DNA of 64,000 nucleotides, from NCBI RefSeq assembly GCF_003918875.1, contig NW_025765173.1, forward strand, positions 124,001 through 188,000. The letters run 5' to 3'. A program made the translations under genes and the position numbers. Below, piece by piece: positions 62,533 to 64,000 of the stretch; within the stretch, counting starts at the first letter, position 1; every line of letters starts with the position of its first letter. The notes below the pieces were generated by a model. The model had not been told where the DNA came from. It did not search any database and worked only from the letters and a program-made list of their open reading frames with translations. This DNA comes from Haliotis rubra. Lineage: Eukaryota.

Positions 62533-63801
62533 CAGTACAACCAGAAATTATTGAGAATTTAAAGATTGTAAATTTAAAAAAAAAATTCATTCATTACTCA
62601 CGTATTAAATGTGAATATTAGCAGAACATAACTCCAGATTTAAAGACAGGTGAACAGTTAGTATTTTGTCAAGTCACCATGGGCAGCAATGCAGGCTTCA
62701 ATGGAGCGGGGCATACTACTGATCAAAGAAGATAGCAAGTCGTGGTCCATGCTGTCCCAATATCGGACCACCTCTTCTTTCATTTCAGTAATATTTGTCA
62801 GATTTCTCTTATTAACACTTTCCTTCATAAGTCCCCAAACATTTTCTATTGGATTTAGGTCAGGGATATAGCTTGGCCAATCTAATAATGTCATATTTTG
62901 GGTCCGAAAAAAGCCTGTGAATGCTTTGAACGATGTTTCTATTTCCATAGAACACGTGAGCAGATGGAAGTAAATGTCCCTCGAGAATATCTGCGTACCG
63001 CTCACTGTTCATATTCCCTTCAAATACACAAAGGGGCGTTGCCCCTAACACAGATATGCCACCCCACACGTTACATTTCGGACTGTACTTTGGGCGCTGA
63101 TACAAAGGTTTTTCAGGTTGTTTGGTGTATTATTTCAGTGTATTAGGAAACAGCCACACAGAACTTTCATCTGAGAAAATCACATTGTCCCAGTTAACAT
63201 TTCTATGCTGTAAGCACCAGTTTAACCTTCGCTCCCTTTGTTCAGGTTTCATGATCGGTGATGGAATTCCTCGACTTTTCTGCCAACCCATTGCATGCAG
63301 CTCAGTTCTAATTGTCTCCTTACAGACAGCCACAGTTCCTCTATCAATCATATCCAGCCTTAAGATTTCTTAACTCCTTCGTTTGTTTTTAGAAACAAGA
63401 ATACCCAGCGCCTCCTTTCATCGACAGTCAATTTTCTGGGCCTCCCTACGCCTCCCTGGTGCTTAATGCCATATCCATTTGCAATATTTTTCAAAACACG
63501 ATAAACAGAGGACAAAGGGGTGCCGGTTCTACTTGACATCACTTTAGCTGATCTGATGTCCTTGTTATACTACTTAAAATCAACTTCCTCTTCTCTAAAT
63601 CATCCATACTGAGGATCACTGAAAATGTCGTCTGCTAGCAAATAAACAAAGGGGGACAACTCTTCACAAACAAATGAAAAAGGATTAACGGAGTTGTCTC
63701 TCGTGAATGAAACCAAGCACTTGATAGCTGGTCAAGGTTGTTTATACTAGAAATCCAATTAAACATATTTCTAAAACTCTCAATAATTTCTGGTCATACT
63801 A
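62533..63801 (-). mobile_element. Decayed Tc1-family DNA transposon in intron 2 of gene D
   Basis: Imperfect terminal inverted repeats (TIRs): CAGTACAACCAGAAATTATTGAGA on the left, TAGTATGACCAGAAATTATTGAGA (reverse complement) on the right. Both are flanked by TA. Confidence 0.92.
62658..63607 (-). pseudogene. Frameshifted Tc1 transposase
   Basis: Fragments in several frames: HTH and GRPRK linker, WDNVIFSDES (first catalytic D), VWGGIS..G, and WPSYIPDLNPIENVW (catalytic E). The QDN segment with the second D is absent. Confidence 0.9.
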
Positions 63802-64000
63802 TATTTCCGATTAACACTTGAGAATGTGTTTGCTGATTTGGGGTGGTGAGGCCCTCTACGCCCTGGGTTTGATTTACAACATGAATATAACGTGTAAGTC
63901 CATTGCTGGTGATGTTCATGGAATAGTGCTAAAGGTGACATGAAATAATGTCCAGTGGATTGAATAGCTTAGTTCTTGTTGTTTCCGACCCCAAGTCCAT

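Overview
This is eukaryotic, AT-rich, intron-containing animal DNA with three assembly gaps. The SINE families resemble those I associate with gastropod molluscs, probably abalone; that assignment is inference. Five protein-coding genes can be built by hand from GT-AG splice sites, all with consistent phases. (1) A minus-strand inhibitor-of-apoptosis gene with three BIR domains and a probable UBA-like region, running off the left edge. (2) A plus-strand tandem array of four paralogous claudin/PMP22-like four-TM genes (A-D), each with two phase-1 introns. All four start MPHW, have a hypervariable first extracellular loop, and the three visible cytoplasmic tails are unrelated: A carries PPSY, B carries PSAP, C is short and repeat-derived. 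D's last exon lies beyond the window. The rest is mobile DNA and satellites. There is a tRNA-headed SINE family and a second SINE family with a pseudoknot-like non-tRNA head sharing the same 3' tail. There are short palindromic Penelope-like elements, one with a hammerhead-ribozyme core and an 11-bp target-site duplication (TSD). Also present are Harbinger-, Kolobok- and Tc1-type MITEs, a decayed Tc1, a 5'-truncated L1/Tx1-type LINE with an 11-bp TSD, an R4/Dong-like relic, and 52-, 33-, 38-, 46-, 86- and 71-bp tandem arrays. Most long ORFs in the supplied track (31-33 kb, 46.9-49.9 kb) are satellite artefacts.
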